From: Mobula hypostoma
Taxonomy: Eukaryota
NCBI RefSeq assembly: GCF_963921235.1
Contig: NC_086100.1
Location: forward strand, 61,504,001-61,568,000
Direction: 5' to 3'
DNA: 64,000 nt
In this document: positions 37,951 through 50,411 of the stretch, one piece after another
How the letters are laid out: every line of letters starts with the position of its first letter
Numbering within the stretch: position 1 is the first letter of the stretch
The notes under the pieces: generated by a model
What the model saw: only the letters and a program-made list of their open reading frames with translations
Told to the model about the DNA's origin: nothing
Database searches by the model: none
Program-made: the position numbers and the translations under genes

Positions 37951-38399
37951 AAGAATAATGAAACAATATACCAGTTTACCAATTTATTGGCCCTCTGATT
38001 TATCATCTTGCTGCCTGCAGAAGTGTTCAGTCAATTCCTGCAAGCAGCCATGTTGAGAAGAGTTAGCAATCCTTGCCTTCAATATAGTGATTATCCTTAA
38101 ATTTTGGGTGCTCACTAACTCAGATTTTAAAAGTTGTCACTGCCACAAATGGTCTGTGGGAAGCTTCTTTTGATCCTGGTAATTGAGCCAGAATATTTGT
38201 CCACTGGAGTGGCCCCAATCAAAAATTGCTAACCTCTCATGGTTGTGATTGGTTTTCAGGTCCTTACCTATGCTATTCTCTTGAAATAGATCTTTTTTAC
38301 ATCAGGAATATTCACAGATTGCTTACAACACAGGAGAACATTTGGTGTATGGTGTCTGTATCTGCTCTCTACCAGAATTACTTGCTGACCTGGCTCTTC

Positions 38400-39185
38400 G
38401 TTTTATACTCTTGCAAGTTTTTCTTCATGTATTTATTAAATTCTTCCTTGAAGGCCACAGTGGAACCTGTCTCCACCAAATGTGGATAGTACATTCCAGA
38501 TGCTGTAACAGAAAGCATTCCCAATCCTCTTCTTCCTAAAACTATGACTGCCACTTCTCTGCCTAGCAAAGGAAACAGCATTCTAGTATCCACACATTCC
38601 AGACCTCTTGTTACAGACTTCTATCAAATTTCACTCCTAGTCCTCCCATCTAAAGAAAACCACTACAGCCTCTCTAATCTTTCCACATAAGTGCAACTAT
38701 TCTCATAAATTCAGGAACTATCCTCATTAGTCCTTCCAATGGCAACACCCTCACTTTATTCCTGCAATGCAGTGACCAAAATTGAAAACAATACTCCAGT
38801 TGAGACTAGACACGTGTCTGATAACCCATTGCTTTTGTACTCTATTCCTCTGCAGGTAAAGACCAAACTTTGTATGTCTTTTTTCAAGCTGCCCTGCTAA
38901 CTTTATGGTTTGTGCACACATATTCCCAGATTTCAATGCTTCTGCACTCCTTTTAACACAGTATACCTAATTCTACATTGTCTTTTATTCATCCTACCAA
39001 TTGCATCATCTTGCATTTTTCTGCATTAAACTTCTTCTACCTTGCATTTGCCCATTCCACCAGTCTTTATATACTGGAATGTATCACCATCCTTCTTACA
39101 GCTGAAACTTCTGCCAAATTTTGTGTCATCTGTAGATGTAGGAACTGTGCCTTGCACCGCCAAGTTTAGGTCATTAATATGAAAT
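38400..39185 (-). mobile_element. Degraded CR1 fragment
   Basis: - strand HINDLNLAVQGTVPTSTDDTKFG and F..EKCKMM remnants. Confidence 0.6.
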
Positions 39186-40099
39186 GTGCCTTGGCTGAAG
39201 ATTTTATTTCGCATTGCCAGCAGCATATTGTAATTGTAACTGCAGCAAACAACTGAAACTCAGATCATTGATGTCTGACACCCTAATATTTGCAGGTTAT
39301 CATTAAGGTCACACACCAGAACTGGTAAAGGATTGGTCAAATATTCTAAACTGCAGATGCTGAAAATACTGCGATAAGAAAAAGGAAAAAATGCTGGAAT
39401 CACTCAGCAAGTCCGGCAGAATTTGTGGGAACAGCAGCAGTTGGTGAAGGATGTTGACCTGAATGATTAACTTGTTTCCATTTCTGCATATGTTGTCTGA
39501 TCTATTGAGTGAATACAATGTCTTCTGTATTTTATTCCTGTGTGGAAGCATGAAGTGTTAGCCAAGAAGATACATGATCCATAAATCAGTGATTGAGGGA
39601 TAAATACTGTCTGTGGAATTTTACAAAATTGTGCTTGAAAACTATGCAGCCTTGTTAATTTTCTGTGGGATTTCCCTTAATTTTACAAATATATATTTAT
39701 CACGTATGTAATAGGTTATTTTTGAAAGGAATTCTCTGATCAGCTGTTTAGAGTTTAAAAAGAGCGGGTATAAGTAAATAGGAAGTTTCGAAAACTGTTC
39801 AATCTGACTTTATAAAATACTTCACAGTGAAATGCACTCTGCATAGAAATGAGCAAGTGTGAAGGATTTTCAAGAATTTTCTGCTGTTCCTCTCCCTTGT
39901 GGCCATGGAGTGAATGAAATCATTTGACCTAAGTTAAACTACAATATGCTTAGTCATGCTTGTCATTCTATTATCATTTCTTGAGTTAATTGTGTCAACG
40001 CTTGGAAAATTGTAAGTCTAATAATATCTGCATTGAGAGAAACTTTAATTCTGTTTCTTTCTCTTAGCTGTCTCCTAAAGTTACCAACTGATCCATATT

Positions 40100-40243
40100 G
40101 ATAGAACATAGAATATGGAATAGTACAGCACAGTACAGGCCCTTCGGCCCACAATGTTGTGCCAACCCTCAAACCCTGCCTCCCATATAAGCCCCCACCT
40201 TAAATTCCTCCATATACCTGTCTAGTACTCTCTTAATCTTCAC
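40100..40243 (-). mobile_element. CR1 extreme 3' fragment of the young subfamily
   Basis: Reverse complement closely matches 62165-62305 and 29218-29356. Confidence 0.85.
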
Positions 40244-40759
40244 CAGATGATCCGATTGCTAGCTCTGCAAGGGCAAAAGCTGGCATTTTGGACATTTTTT
40301 CCCATTCCTTAATTTAGTTATCTAAACAAAAGGCTTTTTTCCCCCAATGCAGTGAAAGCAAAGGAGTTTAAATTTGATTTTACTTTGAAGAGATATTTTA
40401 TATGGTTGCACATTATCCATATTCACTCCAAAATGGACATTTTGAATGTGTTTATTTATTATTAGGGATTGGGGAGAGGGGAGAGAAGTTGCTCATGACT
40501 CTATGTTCTTTTTTGCCCAATTCCCTGTGTATTCTGCTTTCAAATAGACGTAACTCAGGCCTAGGTGACTTTTTAGCCTTGCCATATATACACATCAAAT
40601 ATACTTGTTCCTAAATAAAAATCACCCTTCTATTTCTGCAATAAAGTTATGAAATCTGCTATTAGATGTTACATTGTTCCCGGCCTTACAGATAATCCAA
40701 TATATTTTTTGCACCGTTGTTGCACTCCAGGCCTGCCTTGTATCTTTTGCATTTCAAGA

Positions 40760-41130
40760 CCATAAGAGCATAAGATATAGGAGCAGAATTAGGCCATTTG
40801 CCCTAACATGTCTTCTCCACCATTTCATCATGACTGATCCATTTCCCCCTCAGCCCTGTTCTTCTCCTTTCTCCTCATAACCCTTCATGCCCTGTCTAAT
40901 CAAGACCCTATCACCCTCCACCTTAAATATGACCAATGACTGGACCTTCACAGGCACTTGTGGCAATGTATTCCACAGACTCATCACTCTCTGGCTAAAG
41001 AAATGCCTCCCCATCACCATTCTAAATGAATGTCCCTCTATTTTGAGGCTGTGCCCTCTCATCCTAGACTCCCCCACCACAGGAAATATCCTCTCCACTT
41101 CCGCTCTATCGAGTCCTTTCCACATTCGAT
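40760..41130 (-). mobile_element. CR1 3' end
   Basis: ORF 40850-41125 KGLDRAEVERIFP..FFSQRVMSLWNTLP. Tail reads (CATAAG)n on the + strand. Confidence 0.85.
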
Positions 41131-42444
41131 AGAGTTCAGATAGTCATACTCACAGAAAAAGTACAGCACAGAAACAGGCCCCAGAGCCCATGTGGTCCAT
41201 GCTGCACCATTAAAACTGCATACTCCCATTGACCATAGTCCTCCATATCCCTACCATCCATGCACCTATGCAAACTTCTCTTAAATGTTTCATTTCTCTT
41301 AGGTTATATTTCATTGCTTTTAGCATCCAAATTTAAATATTCATATTAACATCATACATTATTTACATATCATCAACTGGTCTTTTGCACTTTTTGCTCT
41401 TTCTTTCCAACCAACAATAAAACTATCTCTAATGATATGCAATTTGAATGAGAGGTCAGAGCTCTGAAATGATCACTGTTTTTTTACAGTCACCTGGTGG
41501 GTGCCTGAGCTGCTAAATGTTTCCAGTGTTCTCTGCTCTTATTACAAATTTGTAGCACGCACAGGGGTTTAAATCAGAAGAAGATTGACATTTGGTTCAG
41601 AAGCTGAATTTTGGCAAGTGATGGGTAGTCATGCCCTGCAAGGGTTTTGAGAGGCTGTAGGTAGAATGATAGAATGAAAATAGAATCAACTTAAAGAAAT
41701 CTTTGAAGTTCAGAAATAGATGGTACATTTTTAAACTTTTGCATGATTATGTAAAAAGGACAGCTCCTTCGTTAAGTCCGTGAAAGTAAATCTGTGACAG
41801 AGTTTATACTTTTATGCTCTAGATTCCAGAGTAAATTAATATGGAGTAAATCTATATTTTACTGAACATCATATAAACACTAGACATTCTAGATTTAACA
41901 AAGTAAATAAATCTTGCTTCTCTGTACATTGTTATATGTTGATGAAATAGTTCTTGTTTCTCATAGGACTTTTAATTTCTTGCTTGCAATTATCAGCAAT
42001 GCAAATGACAGTTTTTGATCATGATTATGAAAACTTTCAATTTTATTGAAATAGCTCTAAAATGAATATTTAGATTGGACTTATGATGCTGTTTTCTCAT
42101 CTCGGTTTTGCCTACCACACAGTTGTGCTGAGAGCTGTCGAGTGTTTAGGCTAAACTATTTTTAGTTTCCACTGCATCCACAATATCAAAAATCATACAT
42201 TATAACTTGCAAAGGAATCGATGCCTTTTTTTAACTTCAGTGGATTTCTAGTCTTCAATCCTTTGTTAATCAGTTGTTTCTAAATATTACGGAAGTACTC
42301 TTCTTGCACTGGGGAGTTTCTCAGCAAGCTGTTACTGGAATAGCAAATAATTCTGATAATTTAAATATGAAAGTTAGCATTTTGGTATTTTGCTGCATTA
42401 TTAGTTATTGTAATTTTATATGCAAATAAAAATTAGTATATACA

Positions 42445-42451
<7 letters not shown>

Positions 42452-42477
<26 letters not shown>
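42452..42477. repeat. (TA)13 microsatellite
   Basis: Direct reading. Confidence 0.95.
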
Positions 42478-43619
42478 GAACTATACGTAACTATTTGACA
42501 ATACTATTGCAGCTCTTAAAGCTGCTTGCTTTCCTGTGTTACCTTTTAAGAAATAAAAAGAAAGCAACATTTTAAATTTCAATCCTTTGCAATGTAGGTT
42601 ATGACCAACTTATAATTAGTCTCTCTTCTGTACTGGAATCTGCACTAAAAATATCTATCTTTAAGGAGACTTAATTTAATTCTGGAGCATCGCAATCAAT
42701 CAAATGGGAAAATTTAATTCATCTAATGGTACATACTGTAAATAGAATGGCACTAATGTTCTAGATTAGACAAACTTTTTTTAACTGTGACCTAAGACTG
42801 TTCAATCAAATGAAATAAAACAATCTGCTTAGGGTGTTAACTGTATTGATATGTTTAAAGATAATCTTGAATGTCTTTAATGGGCTAAATAAGAACAAAC
42901 TGTTTTTGGTGACAAATGTATTAGTAAACAGAAAACAATTAACAAGTTGATTGCAAAAGGGGGAAAGGGAACATGACTTCTGAAATCAGTGAGTTGTGTT
43001 GATGTGGAAAGCTCTGCTTGGGGGGGGCGGATGAAAAGGAAGATTCTGTAGTACCTTTCAAAAAAGAATTGGGTAAGGGTTGAAGGATTCTTTTTATAGG
43101 TCTATGGTGATAGGGACAGCCTGTGGGATAACTAAACGGCTCTTTCAAAGATAGTGGATAAATCCACCTTCAGTGCTGCATCATTACATAATGCTGTAAT
43201 TCTACAGGTTTTTCATAGTAAACTTACTCAACGGTGATGCAACTTGAGCTGACAGAATGATGTGTAAATGAAACTGTTGCCCTTGATTTTGAAGAAGAAA
43301 TTTCAGTGAAACTAATGGTATTTGCCATCATTCCTTTGTGAATCTAGTAGCAATCTTGGGATATCAGAAGTATTACAGTGATTCACAAAGGCAACCTATA
43401 ATCACCACTGCAATGTAGGCAGGGATCAATTATAAATGCTGTTCTTGACAGTGAATACAATATTACCAAGCAGACATGGTCAAATTAGAATTCCTGAAGT
43501 TCTTTTCAAGAACTGGTCATGATTGATGTTGAAATGATGAAAGAGAGTTGCTGCACAAGTAATTTGTTCCTCCCAGAACAATTGTGCCTGACATTTTGGA
43601 GCAGGTCTCCAGTGACAAT

Positions 43620-46466
43620 GTGTCTATTTTAAACATCTATTATGAACAAAGTGGATGAGCTTAGAGCGTGAATCAGCACTTGGAGCTATGATGCTGTAGT
43701 CATTACAGAGACTTGAATGGTGTAGGGGCAGGAATGGCTACTTCAAGTGCCAGGCTTTAGATATTTCAGAAGGGACATGGAGGGAGGCAAAAGAGGTGGA
43801 GGTGTGGCACTATTGATCAGAGATAGTGTCACAGCTGCAGAAAAGAAGGAAGTCATGGACAGGTTGTCTACGGAGTCTCTGTGGGTGGAAGTTAGGAATA
43901 GCAAGGGGTCAATAACTCTACTGGGTGTTTTTTATAGACCACCCAATAGTAACAGGGACATTGAGGAAAAGATAGGGAGACAGATTCTGCAAAGGTGTAA
44001 CAATAATAGGGTTGTTGTAGTGGGAGATTTTAATTTCCCAAATATAGATTGGCATCTCCTTAGAATGAGGGGTTTAGATGGGGTGGAGTTTGTTAGGTGT
44101 GTTCAGGAAGGCTTCTTGACACAATATGTAGAAAAGCCTACAAGAGGAGAGGCTGTACTTGATCTGATATTGGGAAATGAACCTGGTCAGGTGTCAGGTC
44201 TCTCAGTAGGAGAGCATTTTGGAGATAGTGATCATAATTCTATCTCCTTTACCATAGCATTGGAGAGGGATAGGAACAGACAAGTCAGAGAAATGTTTAA
44301 TTGGAGTAAGGGGAAATATGAGGCTATCAGGCAGGAACTCGGAAGCATAAATTAGAAACAGGTGTTCTCAGGGAAATGTATGGAAGAAATGTGGCAAGTG
44401 TTCAGGGGATATTTGTGTGGGGTTCTGCATAGGTACTTTCCAATGAGACAGGGAAAGGATGGTAGGGTACAGGAACTGTGGTGTACAAAGGCTGTTGTAA
44501 ATTTAGTCAAGAAGAAAAGAAGAGCTTACGAATGGTTCCAAAAACCAGGGAATGATAGAGATCTAGAAGATTATAAAGCTAGCAGGAAGGAGCTTAAGAA
44601 TGAAATTAGGAGAGCCAGAAGGGGCCATGAGAAGGCCTTGGCAGAAAGGATTAAGGAAAACCCCAAGGCATTCTACAAGTATGTGGAAAGCAAGAGGATA
44701 GGACATGAGAGAATAGGACCAATTAAGTGTGACAGTGGAAAAGTGTGTATGGAACCGGAGGAGATAGCTAAGGTACTTAATGAATACTTTACTTAAGTAT
44801 TCACTATGGAAAAGGATCTTGGCAATTGTAGGGATGATTTGCAGCAGACTGAAAAGCTGGAGCATGTAGATATTAAGGAAGAGGATGTGCTGGAGATTTG
44901 GAAAGCATTAAGTTGGAAAAGTCACCGGAACCAGATGGGATGTACCTCAGGCTATGGTGGGAAGCGAGGGAGGAGATTGCTGAGCCTCTAGCGATGATCT
45001 TTGTGTTATCAATGAGGACAGGAGAGGTTCCAGAGGATTGGAGCATTGCAGATGTTGTTCCCTTATTTAAGAAAAGGAGGAGAGATAGCCCAGGAAATTA
45101 TAGACCAGTGAGTCTTACTTCAGTGGTTGGTAAGCTGATGGAGAAGATCCTGAGAGACAGGATTTATGAACATTTGGAGAGGCATGATGTGATTAGGAAT
45201 AGTCAGCATGGCTTTGTCAAAGGTAGGTCATGCCTTACGAGCCTGATTGAATTTTTTGAGGATGTGACTAAACACATTGATGAAGGTAGAGCAGTAGATG
45301 TAATGTATATGAATTTCGGCAAAGCATTTGATAAGGTACCCCATGCCAGGCTTATTGAGGAAGTAAGGAGGCATGGGATCCAAGGGGACATTGCTTTGTG
45401 GATCCAGAATTGGCTTGCCCACAGAAGGCAAAGAGTGGTTGTAGATGGGTCATATTCTGCATGGAGGTCAGTGACTAGTGGTGTGCCTCAGGGATCTGTT
45501 CTGGGACACCTACTGTTCATGATTTTTATAAAGGACCTGGATGAGGAAATGCAATGATGGGTTAGTAAATCTGCTGATGACACAAAGGTTGGGATGTTGT
45601 GGATAGTGTGGAGGGCTGTCAGAGGTTACAGCGGGACATCAAAAGGATGCAAAACTGGGCTGAGAAGTGGTAGATGGAGTTCAACTCAGTTAAGTGTGAG
45701 GTGGTTCATTTTGGTTGGTTAAATATGATGGCAGAATATAACATTAACGGTAAGACTCTTTGCAGTGTGGAAGATCAGAGTCCATAGGACACTCAAAGCC
45801 GCTACGCAGGTTGACTCTGTGGTTAAGAAGGCATACGGCGCATTGGCCTTCATGAACCGTGGGATTGAGTTTAAGAGCCAAGAGGTAATGTTGCAGCTTT
45901 ATAGGACCCTGGTCAGACCCCACTTGGAGTACTGTGCGCAGTTCTGGTCGCCTCACTACAGGAAGGATGTGAAAGCCATAGAAAGTGTGCAGAGGAGATT
46001 TACAAGGATGTTGCCCGGATTGGGGTGCATGCCTTATGAAAATAGGTTCAGTGAATTTGGCCTTTTCTCCTTGGAGCGACAGAGGATGAGAGGTGACCTG
46101 ATAGAGGTGTACAAGATAATGAGAGGCATTGATCATGTAGATAGACAGAGGCTTTTTCCCAGGGCCAAAATGGCTAGCACAAGAGGGTATAGTTTTAAGG
46201 TGCTTGGAAGTAGATACAGAGGAGATGTCAGGGGTAAATTTTTTACGCAGAGAGTGGTGAGTGTGTGGAATGGGCTGCCGGCGGCGGTGGAGGAGGTGGA
46301 AACGATAGGGTCTTTTACGAGACTCCTGGATAGGTATATGGATCTTAGAGAAATAGAGGGCTATGGGTAAGCCTACGTAGTTCTAAGGTAAGGACATGTT
46401 TGGCACAGCTTTGTGGGCTGAAGGGCCTGTATTGTGCGGTAGGCTTTCTATGTTTCTATGTTTCTA
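43620..46466 (+). mobile_element. CR1 LINE with nearly full-length but disrupted ORF2 (APE endonuclease + RT)
   Basis: ITET, GGGVALL, YRPP, VGDFN, SDHN; [24 protein letters not shown]. (TTTCTATG)n tail. Several stops and frameshifts. Confidence 0.95.
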
Positions 46467-47769
46467 GTGTTTCCCCACTGTCCTTCTGGATGGAGTTAGT
46501 TGACAGCCCAAGAGTTAGTCGACTGCCCCACTTTCGCACCTGCATGACACGTTGTCAAAAGCCATGCTTCCAGAAAACAATCCTCTTGGCATTTTGTCCA
46601 GGTTTTCACTGGAAAGTTTGTTTAAAAAATATATATTTGTAGGTTTTAATCAAGGTCAGTACTGAGCGTTCACAAATTCCAAGACATTATTTCAAACTGG
46701 GCATAACAATTTTTAGGAGACACCAGACTGCTGAGATCTGGAGCAAAAGAGCAAACTGCTAGGGGAAGTTAACAGGTCAGGCAGCATCTGTAGAGACAGG
46801 GAGATATTCTTGACTATAATGGGCTGGGTTGATCAGACCCAAACTATTCAAGAGTCCAGGAGATGAAACTTAAACCTAATTTATTATCATAAAGCTGGAA
46901 AGCACAAATAATCCACACAAAACACTGCGTAGTAAGTCACAAAGGTTTCCGGGCTCATGGTTCTTAATCACCACTTGATTATTCCTACTGTCCGAGGAAC
47001 TCTGTATTCCGACTCACCAGTGAAGCCACCCCTGGGTCCTAGGCACCAACAGTGATTCCCAGCTTAGGCAAAGTACAAAGAACCGAGAGAAAGGCACACC
47101 AGTGAATATGACTTCCACAAGCATAGAGAGACAAAGACAGGCAGACAGTTTGATCTTTTTGTTCTCATGCTATTAACTTAGCTTGGTTTTTTCCTTTCAA
47201 ACAATTCCTGTCCTTTAACACTGTTCAACATACCCTTATAAATCAATTAGACACTTTAACAGTCTCTCCTTATCCATCAGTCCACCAGTGTTTTGGACAT
47301 AACATTCCTTTAGCTGTAAGAGAACATTAGTATTACATATAAGTGATAAGCCCAAATCCAAAAAATAATCCATCAAGCTGATTTGACAGACACTAAGAAA
47401 GAATCCATCAACCTAGCTCTCAAAGTGACTAATAGACATCCTTGTGTTAATGGTGCCTGAGACTAAGAAAGAAACCATGTGCTAAAAAGAAATATTATAC
47501 ATTAACAAACCTACAGTATTTACCTTGTACAGACATGCTGCATTCTGTGAGCTCACAAAGAGTTAAATTGTCGCTATGAACTGTTCAGATATTCATCCAA
47601 CTTTTTACAAAGTTTAATACAACACATTGACCCAAAATATTGAATACTCCTGATGTAGATTCTTGAGGCCAAAATAGCAACCATCTCTTTGCCTCCACAG
47701 ATGCCTGTCTGTTCTTCTGAGTTCCTTCAGCTGTTTGTTTTAGCCAACAATCTTCCATAACGGCAAACA

Positions 47770-48724
47770 CAGCGGTCTCCAACCACTGGGCCACAGACCA
47801 GTACCGAGCCGCAAAGCATGTGCTACTGGGCCGTGAGGAAACGATATGAGTCAGCTGCACCTTTCCTCATTCCCTGTCACGCCCACTGTTGAGCTTGAAC
47901 GCACGCGAGGTCATTACGCACACGTCATCCATGTCAGCGCGGGAAGAATATCAACTCCAGCTTGCAAATGATGGCGGGCTGAAAAGTATGTTTGACATAA
48001 CATCTCTGCCGGCAGTCTGGATCAAAGTCAAGGCTAAATATCCTGAGATACCCATGAAAGCACCAAAAATGTTGCTTCCATTTCCAACATATCTCTGCAA
48101 TGAATGCAACGAAAACTAAATTGCGGAATAGACTGGACATAAGGAACCCCCTTCGAGTACCGCTGTCTCCCATCACCCTTCGATAGGACCATCTTGTTGC
48201 AGGAAAACAAGCCCAGGACTCCCACTGATTTGGCGATATTGGTGTGTTGCAATGATTTTATATGTTCATATGGGGAAAATATGTGCTGTGTGTTAATATC
48301 CAAACATTACTTAAAATATTATGATGCTATGGACTTATAAGTGACTTATAATTGACTTATCACTATATTCATGCGAGGAAAATGTGTGTTTAATATTAAA
48401 TTTGTTAGATAAACCCTTTTAGAAACGAAATTGAGTGTATTAGCCACTTATCACCTATATTCCGGTTGTGATTAACACCCCCCCCCGAACAGAATCGCCA
48501 AAACGATTTGTAGAAAAAAATCAGCAGGTACACGCATGCGCACTCGTGCCCGCGCAAGGCTTCATGGTCATGGTAGTCTTTCTCGGGGTAAATGCAACGT
48601 ATTTGACTGCTACTCTTGTCTGTTGGCAACCCTACCCCCGATCCCCCACCCCCGGTCGGCCGGTCCGCAAGAATATTGTCAGTAATAAACCGGTCCGTGG
48701 CACAAAAGAGGTTGGGGACCCCTG
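47770..48724 (+). mobile_element. Non-autonomous hAT (Charlie-like) DNA transposon
   Basis: TIRs CAGCGGTCTCCAACC / GGTTGGGGACCCCTG. 8-bp TSD GGCAAACA (47762-47769) / GGCTAACA (48725-48732). Dimerisation-domain remnant WIKVKAKYPEI..KMLLPFPTYLC and TKTKLRNRLD. Confidence 0.88.
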
Positions 48725-49139
48725 GGCTAACAGAAGGCAATGGATAACCTTTCAGTAGTCAGTATGTGAGTATTGAAGAGAGGGAAAATACCTCCAGTGG
48801 CTTCTGATGCAGTTTCTTTCTCCTGAGCTTGAAAGAACCCAGCCTCTTCACATTGCTACATGTATCGCTTCTCTTTATTAAATAATGCTTTGCTATGACT
48901 GTATACTAACAAAATGCTTAAAATTTAGGTAAGAGACAAAACAACAAAGCGCTGGAAGCAATAAGCAGGTCAGACGGTATTTTTGGAATGAAAGGTCTCT
49001 TTCTACAAACACTGGCTGATCTGCTGAATGTTTCCAGAATTTTCTGTTTTATTTAGGGATTTCCAATGTCTGTAGTTGGTTGATTTTTCAGTTTAGTATG
49101 GAGCATCTTGTTTAGATTAGAACTGTACTGTTCCGGAGG

Positions 49140-49860
49140 ACTGAAGTCCTAGGCAATTTGGCAAATTGGATCCAAAAATGACGTGGGAATAGGAGGTGAA
49201 TTGTGATAGTAGAGAGATGTTCCAATGATTTGAAGCCTGTGGCTGGTGGTATGCTACAGTGACTGGTACTGGTACTTGTATTTATGTGCTAGTATGAATG
49301 TAGGGCAAAAGTTCAAAGATGACTCAAATATTTGTGGTTTTTACAATAAAGAAGTGAATAATCTTATGTCACAGGATCATATTAATTAGCAGTACAATGG
49401 CAGTGCAATGAAATGCAGCACAACACATTTTAAAGGACTGATAAGGGTAAGATATATATGTATATGATAAATGGGAGGTCCCCTAGGGAATATTGAGTAA
49501 CAGAGAATCCTTGGTATGTAGATCTAAATGTTGCTGAAGGTAGCAGCACAGGTAGATAAGATAGCAAAGAGAACATTTCAGATATATGTTCTCATTAACT
49601 AAATAGCAAACATAAGAGCAGGAAGGTTATGGTGCACATTTATAAAATATTAGTCAGGTCACAGTAGTAACATTGTGTGCAGTTTTGGTTGCCACACTGA
49701 TAGGGAAGATGTAATTGCACTGTGGAGAGTTCAAAGGAGACTTGTCAGGATGTTGACTGGCACAGTGAGTTCAGTTTGTGCGATTTGTTTTTCTTGGAGT
49801 GGAGAAGGCCAAGGAGGACCTGACAGTAATGCAAAATTATGAAAGGCAGAAATCGGACAG
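49140..49860 (+). mobile_element. Very degraded CR1 RT fragment
   Basis: Remnants of ANWIQK, YKILVR..CVQFW and RVQRRL. Confidence 0.5.
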
Positions 49861-49972
49861 AAATTTGAAAAAAATCCTCAAAATGATGTCTAATAAAAAG
49901 GGGTTGCATGTTTCTTTTAAAATGCATCAGAGATAAGTGATCATGACAAATGTAAAATAATCCAATGATAAA

Positions 49973-50225
49973 TTTATTTAATAGCTATAAATTATCAGAA
50001 AAAACATATTTTAAAATGTGAATCTCCTTTCTATGTAAGCAGACATGGAGATTGCTTAATATATTATAACAATTATTCCTCAAAAATATAAATAATAAAT
50101 AAATATTTAAATAAATAAATTGCTCCGTGGAGCATTCAGTAAATATCTGATATAAATAGTACAAAAGAAAAGTTAAGGGAACACAATGGTTCTACTGGAT
50201 GGAAAATTTATATATTTTTTCGCAG
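49973..50225 (-). promoter_or_regulatory. IL12A-like 3' UTR: AU-rich elements and poly(A) signal
   Basis: Overlapping ATTTA motifs on the - strand at about 50085-50120. AATAAA on the - strand at 49973-49978. Confidence 0.7.
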
Positions 50226-50411
50226 CTACTCTTCAGTTTGGTGTAGATAGTTCATCACTCTGTTGAATGTGATAGTACGCAATTTGAAGGCCTGTAGGAC
50301 TTTGCACAAAGCCATCCTCTGGGGAAAATCAATGACATCTTTTTCTTCTTCATCTGTTGTTGAACCACCTTCAAGATAAACATCTTCGTAGGTGGAATCT
50401 GAATTAAGAGC
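50226..50411 (-). CDS. IL12A: IL12A-like coding exon 6 (helix D)
   Basis: Acceptor TTTTTCCATAG. ALNSD..FPQRMALCKVLQAFKLRTITFNRVMNYL..stop, compared with human ALNFN..FYKTKIKLCILLHAFRIRAVTIDRVMSYL. Confidence 0.93.
   Translation of the reverse strand, partial: ALNSDSTYEDVYLEGGSTTDEEEKDVIDFPQRMALCKVLQAFKLRTITFNRVMNYLHQTEE

Noticed and set aside
46815-47501. Possible - strand solo LTR inside a PLE foldback
   Set aside because: The flanks TTGAC/TTAAC and a poly(A)-like signal are suggestive, but the left terminus lacks TG.
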